From Camelus ferus (Eukaryota): a stretch of 64,000 nt of DNA. Location of the stretch: the NCBI RefSeq assembly GCF_009834535.1, contig NC_045696.1, positions 44,456,001 through 44,520,000 of the forward strand, in the 5' to 3' direction. This document shows, piece after piece, positions 48,501 to 59,770 of this stretch. The position numbers and the translations under genes are program-made. Position 1 is the first letter of the stretch; each line of letters opens with the position of its first letter. The notes beneath the pieces are model-generated. The model was not told the DNA's origin. It ran no database searches and worked only from the letters and a program-made list of their open reading frames with translations.

Positions 48501-49601
48501 CCACAGCTGAGAATGTAAGGAAAGTTTGTGAAGTTGGTAAATGAACTGGGGGGAATTTAAAGGAATTACTTTGTACCAGAACTGTTTCTAAATTCACTGC
48601 AAAATGCACCTTCCTTATCCATAAACGAATTTTGTAAACAGGGTATTACATTCCTGATAGTGACCATTCTGGGTACTACAGCTGTCAGTGTGACTCACGA
48701 GCTCTTACGGCTGTTACCGGCAATACCAAAGAGAAAAATTAATCTGTAAACTTTATGGAAAAGAACTGAAAGCTCATTGTGGATGCAGTTTTAATAATTA
48801 TAACCAAACTCTAAGTCATAAAGTTTCTGTTACTATTATCACTAATTTCTAATTCCTCCTGGCTAGGAACTAGCGAAAATCTCCTGGAAGACTTGGAGAA
48901 CTTCCCATGCCTAAACCAGCCTGACTTTCTTAGTCACCCATAATCTGATCTCTCTCTTGGAAATGTCCCATGTAATTCTCCCTGGAACGATTTAAAGCTT
49001 GTGTCAAGACTCTCATTACCTGTCGCAGGAAATTCTTGATCCTTGTTCTTGTCAGTAGCATGAAGTCTGCCATCTTGGAAGGCTCCCTGATAAAGGCCTT
49101 CACCTGTTACCAATGACCTTGAGGATGGCCTCTCTCTGTGGGCACAGGGCTCCATCATTGCAATTGAGTGCATGCTGTTTTCTGGCCACTGCCTCCTTTC
49201 AAAGATTTGTTCTCACCAGGCTCTAAACTCTTCACTTTTTTTTGTTGAGAAAAATAGCAAGTTCTCCCATTGGGTTGAAAAACAGGCATTAGGAGTTACA
49301 GTGACTAACATTTAGCCTTCTGCTTAACCCACCGTGCAGTACAAGAGGTTAAGAATTTGCTTTTTAACTATTTTATGTCTACTTCTGGGTGAGCTTGAGG
49401 ATAATTGGTGACATTTACCCAATGTTATATAATTTTAATATAGATAGGTAACACTAATTCCCTAATGGAAAAAAAAAAACAGTGTGTTCTCCTTATTTCT
49501 TTCTATTATTGCATCACAAACCATGCATTGCTCTAATAGAAAGAACTGCATATCAGTTGAATAAAAGGAATTAAGTCACACCATCAGAGACATTATTAAA
49601 T

Positions 49602-49767
49602 CAGTGGTTTACAAATTTTAAAGTGCATAAGAATCACCTAGGGATCTTGTTAAAACTCAAATTTTAATTCAGTATGTCTGGAGTGGGGTCTAAGATTCTG
49701 AATTTCTAATAATTTCCCCAGTGATGCTAATGCTTTCTATCTTTAGCCCATACTTTGGCTTACAAGG
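49602..49767. mobile_element. MER5A MITE
   Basis: 'cagtggtttacaaattt...gtgcataagaatcacctagggatcttgttaaaac...gattctgaatttctaa'. Confidence 0.9.
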
Positions 49768-50469
49768 ATTAAGTAGACTTTTAAAAAACCTCTGTGCATT
49801 ATTATTAATTGTGACTGGAGAATTATGCACATGTATCCATGCACACATTCATATATACAAATATTCAAAAAAATGTTAAAGAAGCCTCTCTATAAAAAGG
49901 AACATGGTGTTTCTTAGGGATTACCTTTTTCTAGACATCCTAAAAAAGAGTATTTCTTTGCTTTTAGTAGAGGAAAAAAAAATCCTCACAAAATACCATC
50001 AGATTAGAAGTTGATGATTTTCTTATAACTCCTTATAGACTTTCTCAGACTTTATGGCAATTTTTGAAAAATCAAAGCAATCTCCTACAATAGATATCAC
50101 GAGGTAGTGTCCAGTTTTACATGAAAACAACCACAACAAGAAAAGTATGCCCACGATGCCATTCACTGGAATGTACGCAAGCCTCACTAACCAAAAAAGG
50201 TATGGTATACAAACATATGAGACATTTTAATGACGTCTGGGAAAACGTGTCCTAGTGAATGACATGCTTCGCAGATCACATGCTGATTTAATGAAAATAC
50301 TTTTAACCAGTTCTATAGTAAAACAGATTTGTATCTTTTTTATACAACAGATATAAGATATTACCATCCTAACTATGATTTTAATGAATGAGGATTTAAC
50401 ATTTAAAGAGTTCTTTTATAAATCTTTATTGAAAAAAAAAGTTACTTTAGAATATAGTAATACAATGAA

Positions 50470-50705
50470 ATTATCATTTGTTGAAAACCCACTAAATGCC
50501 ATGCACTGTGCAAAACACTTCAAATAGCTTATTTAATACTTAGAACCTCCCTTTGAGATAGGTATTAGTAGTAGCAGTCCCATCTTGCAGATGAGGAAAC
50601 CGAGTCTCGGAGAAACTATGTTTTCCAAGGTTCTACAGCTAGTAAATGGTGGAGCTGGGATCCAACCCAGGTCAGTACAATTCTAAATAATAGCTCATTA
50701 AATAT
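50470..50705 (-). mobile_element. MIR SINE
   Basis: 'cccatcttgcagatgaggaaaccgagtctcggaga...acagctagtaaatggtggagctgggatccaacccagg'. Confidence 0.92.
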
Positions 50706-50735
50706 GTTGTACCATTTCCAAATGTCATTCTATGT

Positions 50736-50914
50736 CAGTGACTCAGTTTGTTCCCCAGATCAAAAACATCAGTATTACCTGGGAACTTGTCAAAATACAA
50801 ACTCGGGACTGTCTCTGACCTACTGGAATGGAAACTCTAGGAAAAGACTTCAGCAACCTGTATTTTAACATCCTCCAGGTAATTTTGATGCATATTTAAA
50901 AATGAGAACCAGTG
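50736..50914. mobile_element. MER5A MITE
   Basis: 'catcagtattacctgggaacttgt...gacctactggaatggaaactct...tgtattttaaca...tgagaacca'. Confidence 0.88.
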
Positions 50915-50915
50915 G

Positions 50916-51729
50916 TGTTAAGAAGGGTCCTGCACCCAATTTCACCATGGGAGGTGACGGGGGAGAGGGAGTTTCCCCATGCCACCAAACAATTCTCCTA
51001 CAATTCAACTGAATCCTGCTGCTGTCTGCTTGGAGATGGCATCAGGTTCCACAGGTCAGCGCTCAGTCCCACAAGACCGCCCCCTCCACTTCAGATGCCA
51101 GTTGCAAGTCCAGGCTGTTACCTGTGCCTCTGCCTGACTAGTTATAAATCTGAAGTTCCTAAACCCTCTCCTTGGGTTGGATTCGTTTGTTAGACCAGTT
51201 CACAGGTCTCAGGAATGATATTTACTAGATTACCAATTTAATGCAAAGGATATTAAAGGATATGAATCAACGGCTAGATGAAGAGACACACAGAAGAGGG
51301 GAAAGGATGTGGCGTTTCTGTGCCCTCTAGGAGCCCCTCTCCACCAATCTCCATGTGTTCACCTACTTCCTAGGACGTTCTCCCAACCCCATCCTTTTGG
51401 ATTTTTATGAAGGCTTCATTACACAGGCATGATTGATTAAATCATTGGCCATTGGGGACTGAACTCAATGTTCAGCCGCTTTGGTGGTTGGGGGTAGAAA
51501 GCTCCAACCCTCCAATCACTGGATTGGTTCCCCTGGCAACCAGCACCTGTTTTTGGGGGGGGAGGTTGTTTGTTCTTTATTTTTAGGTGAGCATTCCAAA
51601 AGTCACCTCATTAACATAAGATATCTTTGTTGCTCTCATACCTTAGGAAATTCCAAAGGCTTTAGGAGCTCTGTGTCAGAAACTGGAATGAAAACCAAAC
51701 ATATATTTATTTTAAATCACAATATCACA
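50916..51729 (-). mobile_element. MER21-like solo LTR
   Basis: Reverse complement begins 'tgtgatattgtgattt...atatatgtttgg...tctgacacagagctcctaaagcctttggaatttcc'; internal 'gctcagtcccacaagaccgcccc', 'gcatgattgattaaatcattggccattgg'. Confidence 0.92.
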
Positions 51730-52105
51730 GTATATATTAACATTAAGATCAGATGTTAGTTACTTGATTTTCTTTAAGTGAGGCATAATCAGAGATATAC
51801 ATTTGGACAAAGCAGAAAAATACCTAAATGGAATGATACTAAAGATTCTGGGAAGGTGTGCCTACCCAGAAGAATTTCTCTGGCTCAAGGTTAAACTTCT
51901 TTAGGAGAGAACAAATTATTTCATACAATTAAAATTAAGGCACAAATTTTACATTCTTACATTGTCTAGAAACTACATTCCATGTTGCTACTGTAAGTTG
52001 ATATTTTTGTACTTTTTGTTTCTTACTTTTTAAGAATGAAGTTTCCTAAAGCTTCCTTTAGTTGGGTACACTTGTAACATTAGCTGTCAGTGAAAGTGTG
52101 CCTTC

Positions 52106-52617
52106 TGTCAGGCAACAATGAAAGGTCTGAGAATTTACCCTACTTTTAGGCTAACAAACTAGCTGGCGAGTTTCAGAGTCTGTGAGAAATCACAAGACTT
52201 CTAAATCAGAGACAAAGGATTTTACTCACAGCAATAATAACAAAAGCCAGAGGATTAGCTTTTTCTTATGCAGGTTCCCCAAACCCCACTTCCCACAGGA
52301 TGGTGCAGAGAGCCAGGTGATACTTGCACACACACGGCGAATTGCATGACCAGGAAGACACCGAGCCTAGAGAAAACGTGAACCTTTTATAATAAGCAGA
52401 AACGTGCTTGTTCTTCACTCCAGAAGGACAGCTATGTCTACCTTTCAGAAGTGTAACAAAATCTGCTTTTGGCTCTGGAGGGAGACAATTCTCTACCTCC
52501 CAGTATTTGTTATGCAAGCATCCTTGAAAAGAGAGCCTGGATAAAAGGTTGTGAGCGCCTCTGTTTGCAAGACATGCAGAAATGCAAGAGACCCATAGGG
52601 AACTGTATTTCCACACA
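52106..52617 (-). mobile_element. ERVL-class solo LTR (MER54-like)
   Basis: TG...CA ends with 5-bp TSD CCTTC (52101-52105, 52618-52622); 'gcaagacatgcagaaatgcaagagacccat' is characteristic. Confidence 0.88.
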
Positions 52618-53319
52618 CCTTCATTTCACAGATGTTTGGCAAGAGTGTCCCTCTCCATGAAAATGCCAATAGGATATAGCTAAAAGGTGCACAATTATAA
52701 AATATTGGATTTATTTGTAATGCTGATATTAAATTTTTAAAAGATGCTATGCTATGTACTTTAAAGTCTTTTGTAACTTGAAAGAGAACAAGTTATCTTG
52801 ATTAGGAAACTTTCTAGATTGTCTGAAATAAATTCTACTTCATAAAATTTAAAGATATCATGTATATATACTTGTTATTTAATATTAAATTATAGATTGA
52901 GCTTTTTAATCCACCACTAAAATCTCAGAATTGAGTTCTTCTACTGCGTCGTGTTGCTTGGCAATGAGGCCTAGCCACACATAGAGAGGAGCCAAAGTAT
53001 CAAATTGGAGGGTCCCAATAAGGGTCATTTAGAAAAGCAGCAATTATTTGCAGTGCAAGATATTAATGTTTGATATGATTAAAAGCAACACTTATTTCCC
53101 ACTTTGGAATCAATTCTCTGACTTAAGTGTTCACAACTGCCTGAATCAGCAAAAAAGGAAAGAGGGGTAAGAGCTGGCTTCAGAAGCAGCCGGGGTGAAT
53201 CAGTACGGCACCACTGGTATTTCTTCTTTTGTAAATAATCTCTCTTTAATTCAGGCCTGTAACCTCTGAATAACTATCTTGACCGTGTTTTAGATTTTGA
53301 TATCAGATGATAATTATTG

Positions 53320-53462
53320 AGGGAGGAGGGTACAGCTCAGTGGTAGAGCACATGCCTAGCATGCAGGAGGTCCTGGGTTCAATCCCCAGTACCTCCATTA
53401 AAAAAATAAGTAAATCGATAAATAAACCTAATTATCTCCCTTCTTCAAAAAAAAAAAAAAAA
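53320..53462 (+). mobile_element. tRNA-Ala-derived camelid SINE (Vic-1 type)
   Basis: tRNA-Ala(AGC)-like head 'agctcagtggtagagcacatgcctagcatgcaggaggtcctgggttcaatccccagtacctcca', AT-rich tail, poly(A); TSD GATGATAATTATTG at 53306-53319 and 53466-53479. Confidence 0.93.
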
Positions 53463-54375
53463 GATGATGATAATTATTGTATCTGGCCCTCATTTTCTGT
53501 TCTAACTTAATTAACTTAACATGCTGAGTTGCTTTCTAAAGAAACATTTATTTACTAACAATCAGATTAACTGCAATATCTTATCACTCTTCAAATACCT
53601 CTTAGAACAAAGAGCAAATAAATTGAAAGAGTAGAAGGAAAGGAAGGAAGGAAGGTGGGAGAAAATGAACCAGAAAATAAAGAGAAAAGAATTTAAAATG
53701 ATGTAAAATACATAACTAGCTCTTCAATGACTATAATAAACATTGAGAGAGATATATTAAAAGAAAAAATTTTTTGTCAAGTTGAAAACACTTGTTTGGG
53801 ATTTTGGTGACACTTTACTCTAGAAACAATGGTTCAAACATCAATGAACACAACAAAATTTATATTATGCACAGCAGTGCTTAAAGCTTATTAACAGAGA
53901 CTTCAAATAACGTTGAGGCCTCTTAGTCTTCCTGAGAACAAGTTCTTTTTTCCCTTGACACTGTTTATCACCCAGAATTGCATTAGCACACCAAGCTTTC
54001 TTTTCTCCTGGCTCATGCTCATCTTTCAGAATTTCCCCTCTGATATTCTTTTGCTTCTCTTCATGAATTTCTAATGTTGTCTTTGGTAAATATGTCCATG
54101 TATGTGTGCAGAGTAAAACATAAATTACAGATTCTTAAGTGCCATTAATCTACAGTGTTGAATTGCTGTCAGTGTATAAGGACAAAAACTCTTCTGCTTA
54201 CTTCCTTTTATAAAGCCCAAGAAAATGAGAGCTGTGTAATCTCATCACTTGCAGAAAGTACTCAACACATATTGCTGCATAATGCACTAGGGTGATAGTA
54301 ACGTTAACTAAAGAGTAAAGTAAGATTTTGCTCAAGGGACCACATGAAAGAGATTCGATAAATTAACTACAGCGA

Positions 54376-54936
54376 TGTATTTCAGTTATCTATTGCTGTG
54401 TCACAAATCACCACAAAAATATGGCTTCAAACAATAACCATTTTCTTGAGTGGTAATTCTACTGGACTAGGGGCTCGCCTGGGCAGTTCTTCTCCTGGGC
54501 TGTTCTTGCGTCACTCAAATGGATGAAGTCATCTGGTGGCACAGCTGGCCTCATAGAAGACATAGAAGGCCTCAGTCACATTCCTGACAGCTGCTGCTGG
54601 CTGGTTGGTCTTGAACACATCTACCACGAGGGCTCACCTCTACTCCCTGTGGCCTCTCAGCTTGCAGTAGGCTAGACTTCACATGACAGTAGAAACATTC
54701 CAAGAGGGCAAGGGTAGAAGCTGCAAGGTCTGTTTGGAACCAGGCTCAGACATTGCACAATGTCTCTTCCACCACATTCAACTGGTCAAAGCAAGTCGTA
54801 GATGAGCTCAGGTTCCAGAGGTGGGGAAAGAGATCCATCTTTCGACTGGAAAAGTGGTTTAAGTCACATTGCAAGGGTGCATACACAGAAGGGTAAGGAG
54901 AATTGTGGAAGAAATCATTGCAGACAATCTACCACA
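54376..54936 (-). mobile_element. MLT1 (H-like) solo LTR
   Basis: 'tgtatttcagttatctattgctgtgtcacaaatcaccacaaaa...ggtcaaagcaagtc...caatctaccaca'. Confidence 0.92.
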
Positions 54937-55622
54937 GAAATGATTAAAAGTTTGTTCTAATATTTATAGCATGCTTAAAAATCAGAAACAGAATAATCAC
55001 ACTCACGTGCAAACACACACACAATGCTCTTCCAAATTTAGGAAACTATTACTTAGAGTCACCATTTCTTTTTTATTTTATGCTCTAAGAGAAAGCACAG
55101 GCCAGTATCATCCAGACATTTTGAGTTCATCTTTAACCTCTGACACAGCTACTTGGTGACATGACATAGATATGCATAGGATGGATCACCAAACATTTTC
55201 AAAGATCAAGTTTTGAATGGAAAATTCAGAATTTTGACTAAATTTATAAAAGTACACGTCTTTGGATTGATGGATGGTTCTCTCTGATGCCAAAAGATTT
55301 TTACTTTTAAAAAATGTATGTCGAAGGGAGTTCAACAAATTTGTTCCCTCACCACCAACAAAATCCTGCCCCTGGAGTCCCCTGCCGTCCCTTCTGAAAG
55401 TAAATCGCTAAAGAGAGTGCTTTGATCATAAAATATGCTTACAAATACTTGTGGAATGAAGTCTTGACCACTGTCTTGACCTACCTCTACCACTCAGAAT
55501 AACTTACACCATCCCCAGTCAAGACCAATCAGCTATTTTTAGTGAATGTACAACACACCCTTCTTCATAAAAACAACAGAAATTAGGAACTTAAAAATTC
55601 AATTCAGAAAGCATCCTGTCAA

Positions 55623-56102
55623 TACTACTCAGCCATCAAAAAGAGTAAGATAATGCCATTTGCTGCAGCATGGATGGACCTGGAGGTTGTCATTCTAAGC
55701 GAAGTAAGCCAGAAAGAGAAAGAAAAATACCATACAATTTCATTTATATGTGAAACCTAAGAAAAAAGACACAAATGAACTTATTTACAAAATAGAAACA
55801 GAGACACAGACATAGAAAACAAACTTATGGTTACCAGGGGAGTGGGGGCTGTGGGGATAGGAAGGGATAAACTGGGAATTCGACTCTGCAGATGCTAACT
55901 ACTATACAGAAAATAGATAAACAATAAGCTTCTTCTGTATAGCAGAGGGTACTATATTCAACACCTTGTAGTTACTTATAATGAAAAAGAATATGTGTAT
56001 GTTTATGTATGACTGAAACATTATGCTGTATCCCAGAAACTGACACATTGTAAACTGACTATACTTCAATTAAAAAATAAAAGATTTTTTTTAATTTAAA
56101 AA
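55623..56102 (+). mobile_element. 5'-truncated lineage-specific L1 (end of ORF2 and 3'UTR)
   Basis: 'tactactcagccatcaaaaag...catggatggacctggag...gtaaactgactatacttcaatt'; perfect 17-bp TSD AGAAAGCATCCTGTCAA at 55606-55622 and 56103-56119. Confidence 0.95.
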
Positions 56103-57119
56103 AGAAAGCATCCTGTCAAGGTACATATTACTGTATTTTTACTAATTTTTTTTATTTGCGATGACTTCTTAAGAGTCTAAAGTTAAAATGTACATCCTTA
56201 AGAATGTTCACCGTGGACAATGCTAGAAATAGATAAAACAGATAATTTAAAACATTTTAGTACGAGAGCTCTTCCTTTATTTCTCCATCATTGTAGTAAT
56301 TTTAGTTTGAATGTTGTTTTTTCACTCTCACCATCTGGCATCTTTTTCCCTACATCCAGGAAAAATCATCTGTTTATAAAATGTCTACTAAAATGGAAAG
56401 AAACCAAGTTCCAAATTCTATTCATTTCCTAAATATTCCTTCTCATGAAAGGAAACATACAACTTAGACCTCACCTGGTCCCAGAACATCAGAACAAGAT
56501 GGAATTTGAAAACCCAGATTTCCAGTGAAGACCTGAAAAGGAGGCACAATGAAGGCAAATAGGCCTTGACACCTCCACTCACATGCAGTGACTCCAGTCC
56601 AGTGATAATATTATTTATTGAATATTAGCCTGCTCTTTGATGCCATGCTGGACACTAGGGAAATTATTAGTCCCTGACCCAGAGAATATGCTTCAACTTA
56701 TGTGAGTTAATCCAGCACAGTGATAATTTGGGTACAAATTTCTCTCCTATTATGTTGTATTGTGATATTTTCCTTTGTTCATATTTTTGATAAAATGTCC
56801 ATTTTTTCAGGATCTATAGGTTGAAAAATACAAATAAAAAACTAAGATATTTTTATTACTGAAAACTTTGATGGGGCTTTTCCACAAGTAAAAATTATGA
56901 CTTGGAAAAATGAAGCATTTACACCCATTAATAAAATATGAGGCCCTGAAAAGATGAACAAAAATTCAGAGGCTTTCCTGAAACACTAGAGTCAATCTAA
57001 AGGAATAATAAGTTGTGGGATCATCACGGATTCTAAGTGGAAGGGTTCACTTTGTTTTGTGGAATTCTCCTCCCTTCTCTTTTTGTTGAGACTTCAACCC
57101 TGTTTCCTGTCAGAAAAGG

Positions 57120-57450
57120 AACCTAGACAGGTTTCCACAGGCTTCCACATTTTATGGACACCCCCCGACCCCCACCCCGACTGCTATACAAGGTGCCGGA
57201 GAGAACAAGAACCTTTTTGGAGATCTTTGTGGTAAACGTTCTGGTGAAAGAGGAAGAAGGGCCACACGACAGGAAGTACAAAGACCATAAACTGAGACTC
57301 TTCTGCCCTCTCGTGACATAGAATAATTCCCTAAAATAGCCCCGGCTATTTTTTAATACAGAGTAGAAAATACCGGCCAAAGGTGGAGTTGGGGGTTGAG
57401 GTGGCGGAGCTATCCGAAATAGTCCTTGCCAACGTCTCATTAAAAAGAAA
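57120..57450. promoter_or_regulatory. Candidate enhancer/promoter (CpG-retaining unique segment)
   Basis: About 11 CpGs in about 270 bp; ETS-type CAGGAAGT at 57270; inverted pair AAAATAGCC-CC-GGCTATTTT at 57333-57352. Confidence 0.35.
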
Positions 57451-57884
57451 ACAGTCTCCCACAGTTTGCACTTGATTTAAATTAAAACCACTGGAACACA
57501 AATACTATGTTTTTCATTTCAATTTTGAGTGATTTCTCCTTAGACCCCTGTGAAGAGTACTCTTTATGCTGACACTAATGACCGCTTTGGGTCCGTATTA
57601 TCTGGCAAGGTAACCAAGGAGAAGGCCCATTCAGGCAATAATTTATTAAAAGTGCTGGGCAACACCAAGGTGACTGGAAACATCTAGAGGGCCTAGCAGT
57701 CTCTGCATCTCTCCCTGACAATGATCGGCCCCCTTTCCCTTGCAGTATTATAAATACAGCAAAATAACCAGTTTCTCATAATTGGCTTCATTATGGCATT
57801 ATCTACATGCAATTTAATATGTCAATAGATATATGAAAACTATATACTATTGTTTAGGTCTTTTCTTTTAATCATTGAATGCCT

Positions 57885-59316
57885 ACTTCTCCTTTTTATC
57901 CTTAATTTTCTTTGGTTTGAATTATGATATGCCTAGGTGTAGTTTTTTTGGTTTGTTTGGTCTTTTTTTTTTTTTTTTTTTTTGCATTTATCCTTCTTGG
58001 TGTTCTCTAAGCTTCTTGGATCTGTGGTTTGGTATCTGATATTAATTTGGGGAAATTCTCAGTCATTATTGTTTCAAATACTTCTTTTTCCTTCTTCTCT
58101 TCCTTCTCCTTCTGGGATCCCAGTTACATATATATATTACGCTTTTTGTAGTCGCCCCACAGGTTTTGGATATTTTGTTTTTCTCAGTCTGTTTTCTGGT
58201 TACCTTTCAATTTTGGAGGTTTCTTCAAGCTCAGAGTTTCTTCCCTCAGTTATGTCCAGCTTACGAGTAATAAGCCCATCAAAGGTATCCTTCATTTCTG
58301 TTAGTGTTCTTGATGTCTAGCATTTCATTGTGGTTCTTTCTTAGAATTTTTATCTCTCTGCTTACATTGCCCGTCTGCATGCTGTTACTTTCTCCATTAG
58401 AGCCCTTAGAATATTAATCATAGTTGTTTTAAATTCCTAGCCTTAAAATTCCAACATCTCTGCCATATTAGCATCTGGTTTCAATACTTCCTTTGTCTCT
58501 TAAAACTGCCTTTTTTGCGTTTTAGTACGTCTTGTCCTATTTTCTCCAGAGCTGGACATGATGCACTAGAAAGAGGCACTGCTGCCGTCAGTGACGTGGC
58601 GGGAGGTGTGGGCGGTGACCTTCTGTAGTGCTGTGATCAGGTATCAGTTCCGCAGTGTCTGTGTCTCTGGACTACAGACCTCACAAGCGCTTCTTAGTTT
58701 TTTTATTGCCCCCTTGGTGGGACAAGATGCGTCAAGTGGCTGGAGTCGAGTTTTTCCTTTCCCCAGGTCCTGATAAAACCCCAGCACTTTAGGCTTTGGT
58801 TAAGTAGCTTCTCCTGAGGGCAGACCTTGCTAAGAACAGAATGCTCAGGCATGTTTCAGAACGGTTCCTCTTCCCCTCCCTTTGCCAGAAGCACGAGGGG
58901 ATTTGTTTTGTTTTTGTTTTTGTTCTTTTTAGTATATTCACTGTGAGGGCCCAGGTCCTGGTAGAGCTCCTGGAGATAAAAGTCATACAAATGTGAGGGG
59001 GCTCTTTCTGACAGGGTCCCCTGAAGCTTTTAACTTTCAGACTGGTCCACACTGAGCCTTCAGCAATTCAATTACAGTTCAGGTTTTCCTAGTCCTAGAC
59101 TGGTTCCCACTGATGTTTCTACTTGTGGGTTTCTGCTCCAGGGGGTTTTGACTTTCTTTTATTTGCCTGTCAGTCTCCAGTTTTGAAGGCAGTGGTCTGT
59201 CCTGTGACCTCATTTCCCTCACAGATCTAGGAAGAGCTGTTGATTTTCCAGTTCATTCAGCTTTTAACTTGTTAGGACAGAGAGGAAACTGCCAAGCTTC
59301 TTATATACCAAACTAG
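57885..59316 (-). mobile_element. L1M (MC/MD-type) 5'UTR and ORF1 region
   Basis: Antisense ORF1 'ttggtgttctctaagcttcttggatctgtggtttgg...ggggaaattctcagtcattatt'; 5' region 'actggtccacactgagccttcagcaattca'. Confidence 0.88.
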
Positions 59317-59319
59317 CCT

Positions 59320-59510
59320 ACTACTCTCTACTAAGAAATTTACATACTTTATCTCATCGAACCTTCACAACACTCTGTTAAGAAGTGTCATTAGCCCCAT
59401 ATCTCAAGGTGAGAAAACCAAAGCATTCAACAGTTAATTATCTTGACCAGTATATCCCAGGCAGTACCCAGGGATCAAACCCAGGAATGTCTAACACCAA
59501 AGCCGCTGCA
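59320..59510 (-). mobile_element. MIR SINE
   Basis: 'tatctcatcgaaccttcacaacactctg...attagccccat...gggatcaaacccaggaatgtctaacaccaaagcc'. Confidence 0.8.
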
Positions 59511-59589
59511 CCCCATCTCTGCACCCATCCCCACTTTTCTGCTGTTCTACCCTGTGCTGTCTTCTGATTTATTTCTGAAAGTAGTCCAT

Positions 59590-59770
59590 GACTCAAGTTT
59601 TGGAATCAGAAAACCTTAGAATAATACAGAGCTATCTACAGCTTTAGGACTCATTGAAGTCATTTAAGCCCCAATTTTCTTATATATAAAATGAGAGAAG
59701 TAATCATCATGGAGAGGCATTATAAGATGAAAGGGAACTTACAGAGACAGAGATCCTGACACACCCACTA
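59590..59770 (+). mobile_element. MIR SINE (diverged)
   Basis: 'ttttggaatcagaaaacct...aagtcatttaagccccaattttcttatatataaaatgaga'. Confidence 0.65.

Noticed and set aside
50093..50204. Plus-strand open segment with CPRC motif ending at G|GTATGG
   Set aside because: Weak acceptor, unrecognised peptide and no supporting neighbouring exons.
21499..51965. Identical 17-mer TTACATTCTTACATTGT at 21499 and 51949
   Set aside because: AT-rich and internally repetitive; about one such match is expected by chance in 64 kb, and the flanks are unrelated.
53320..53398. tRNA-Ala gene (also at 9424)
   Set aside because: Stem mismatches, SINE tail, A-rich end and TSDs show these are SINEs.
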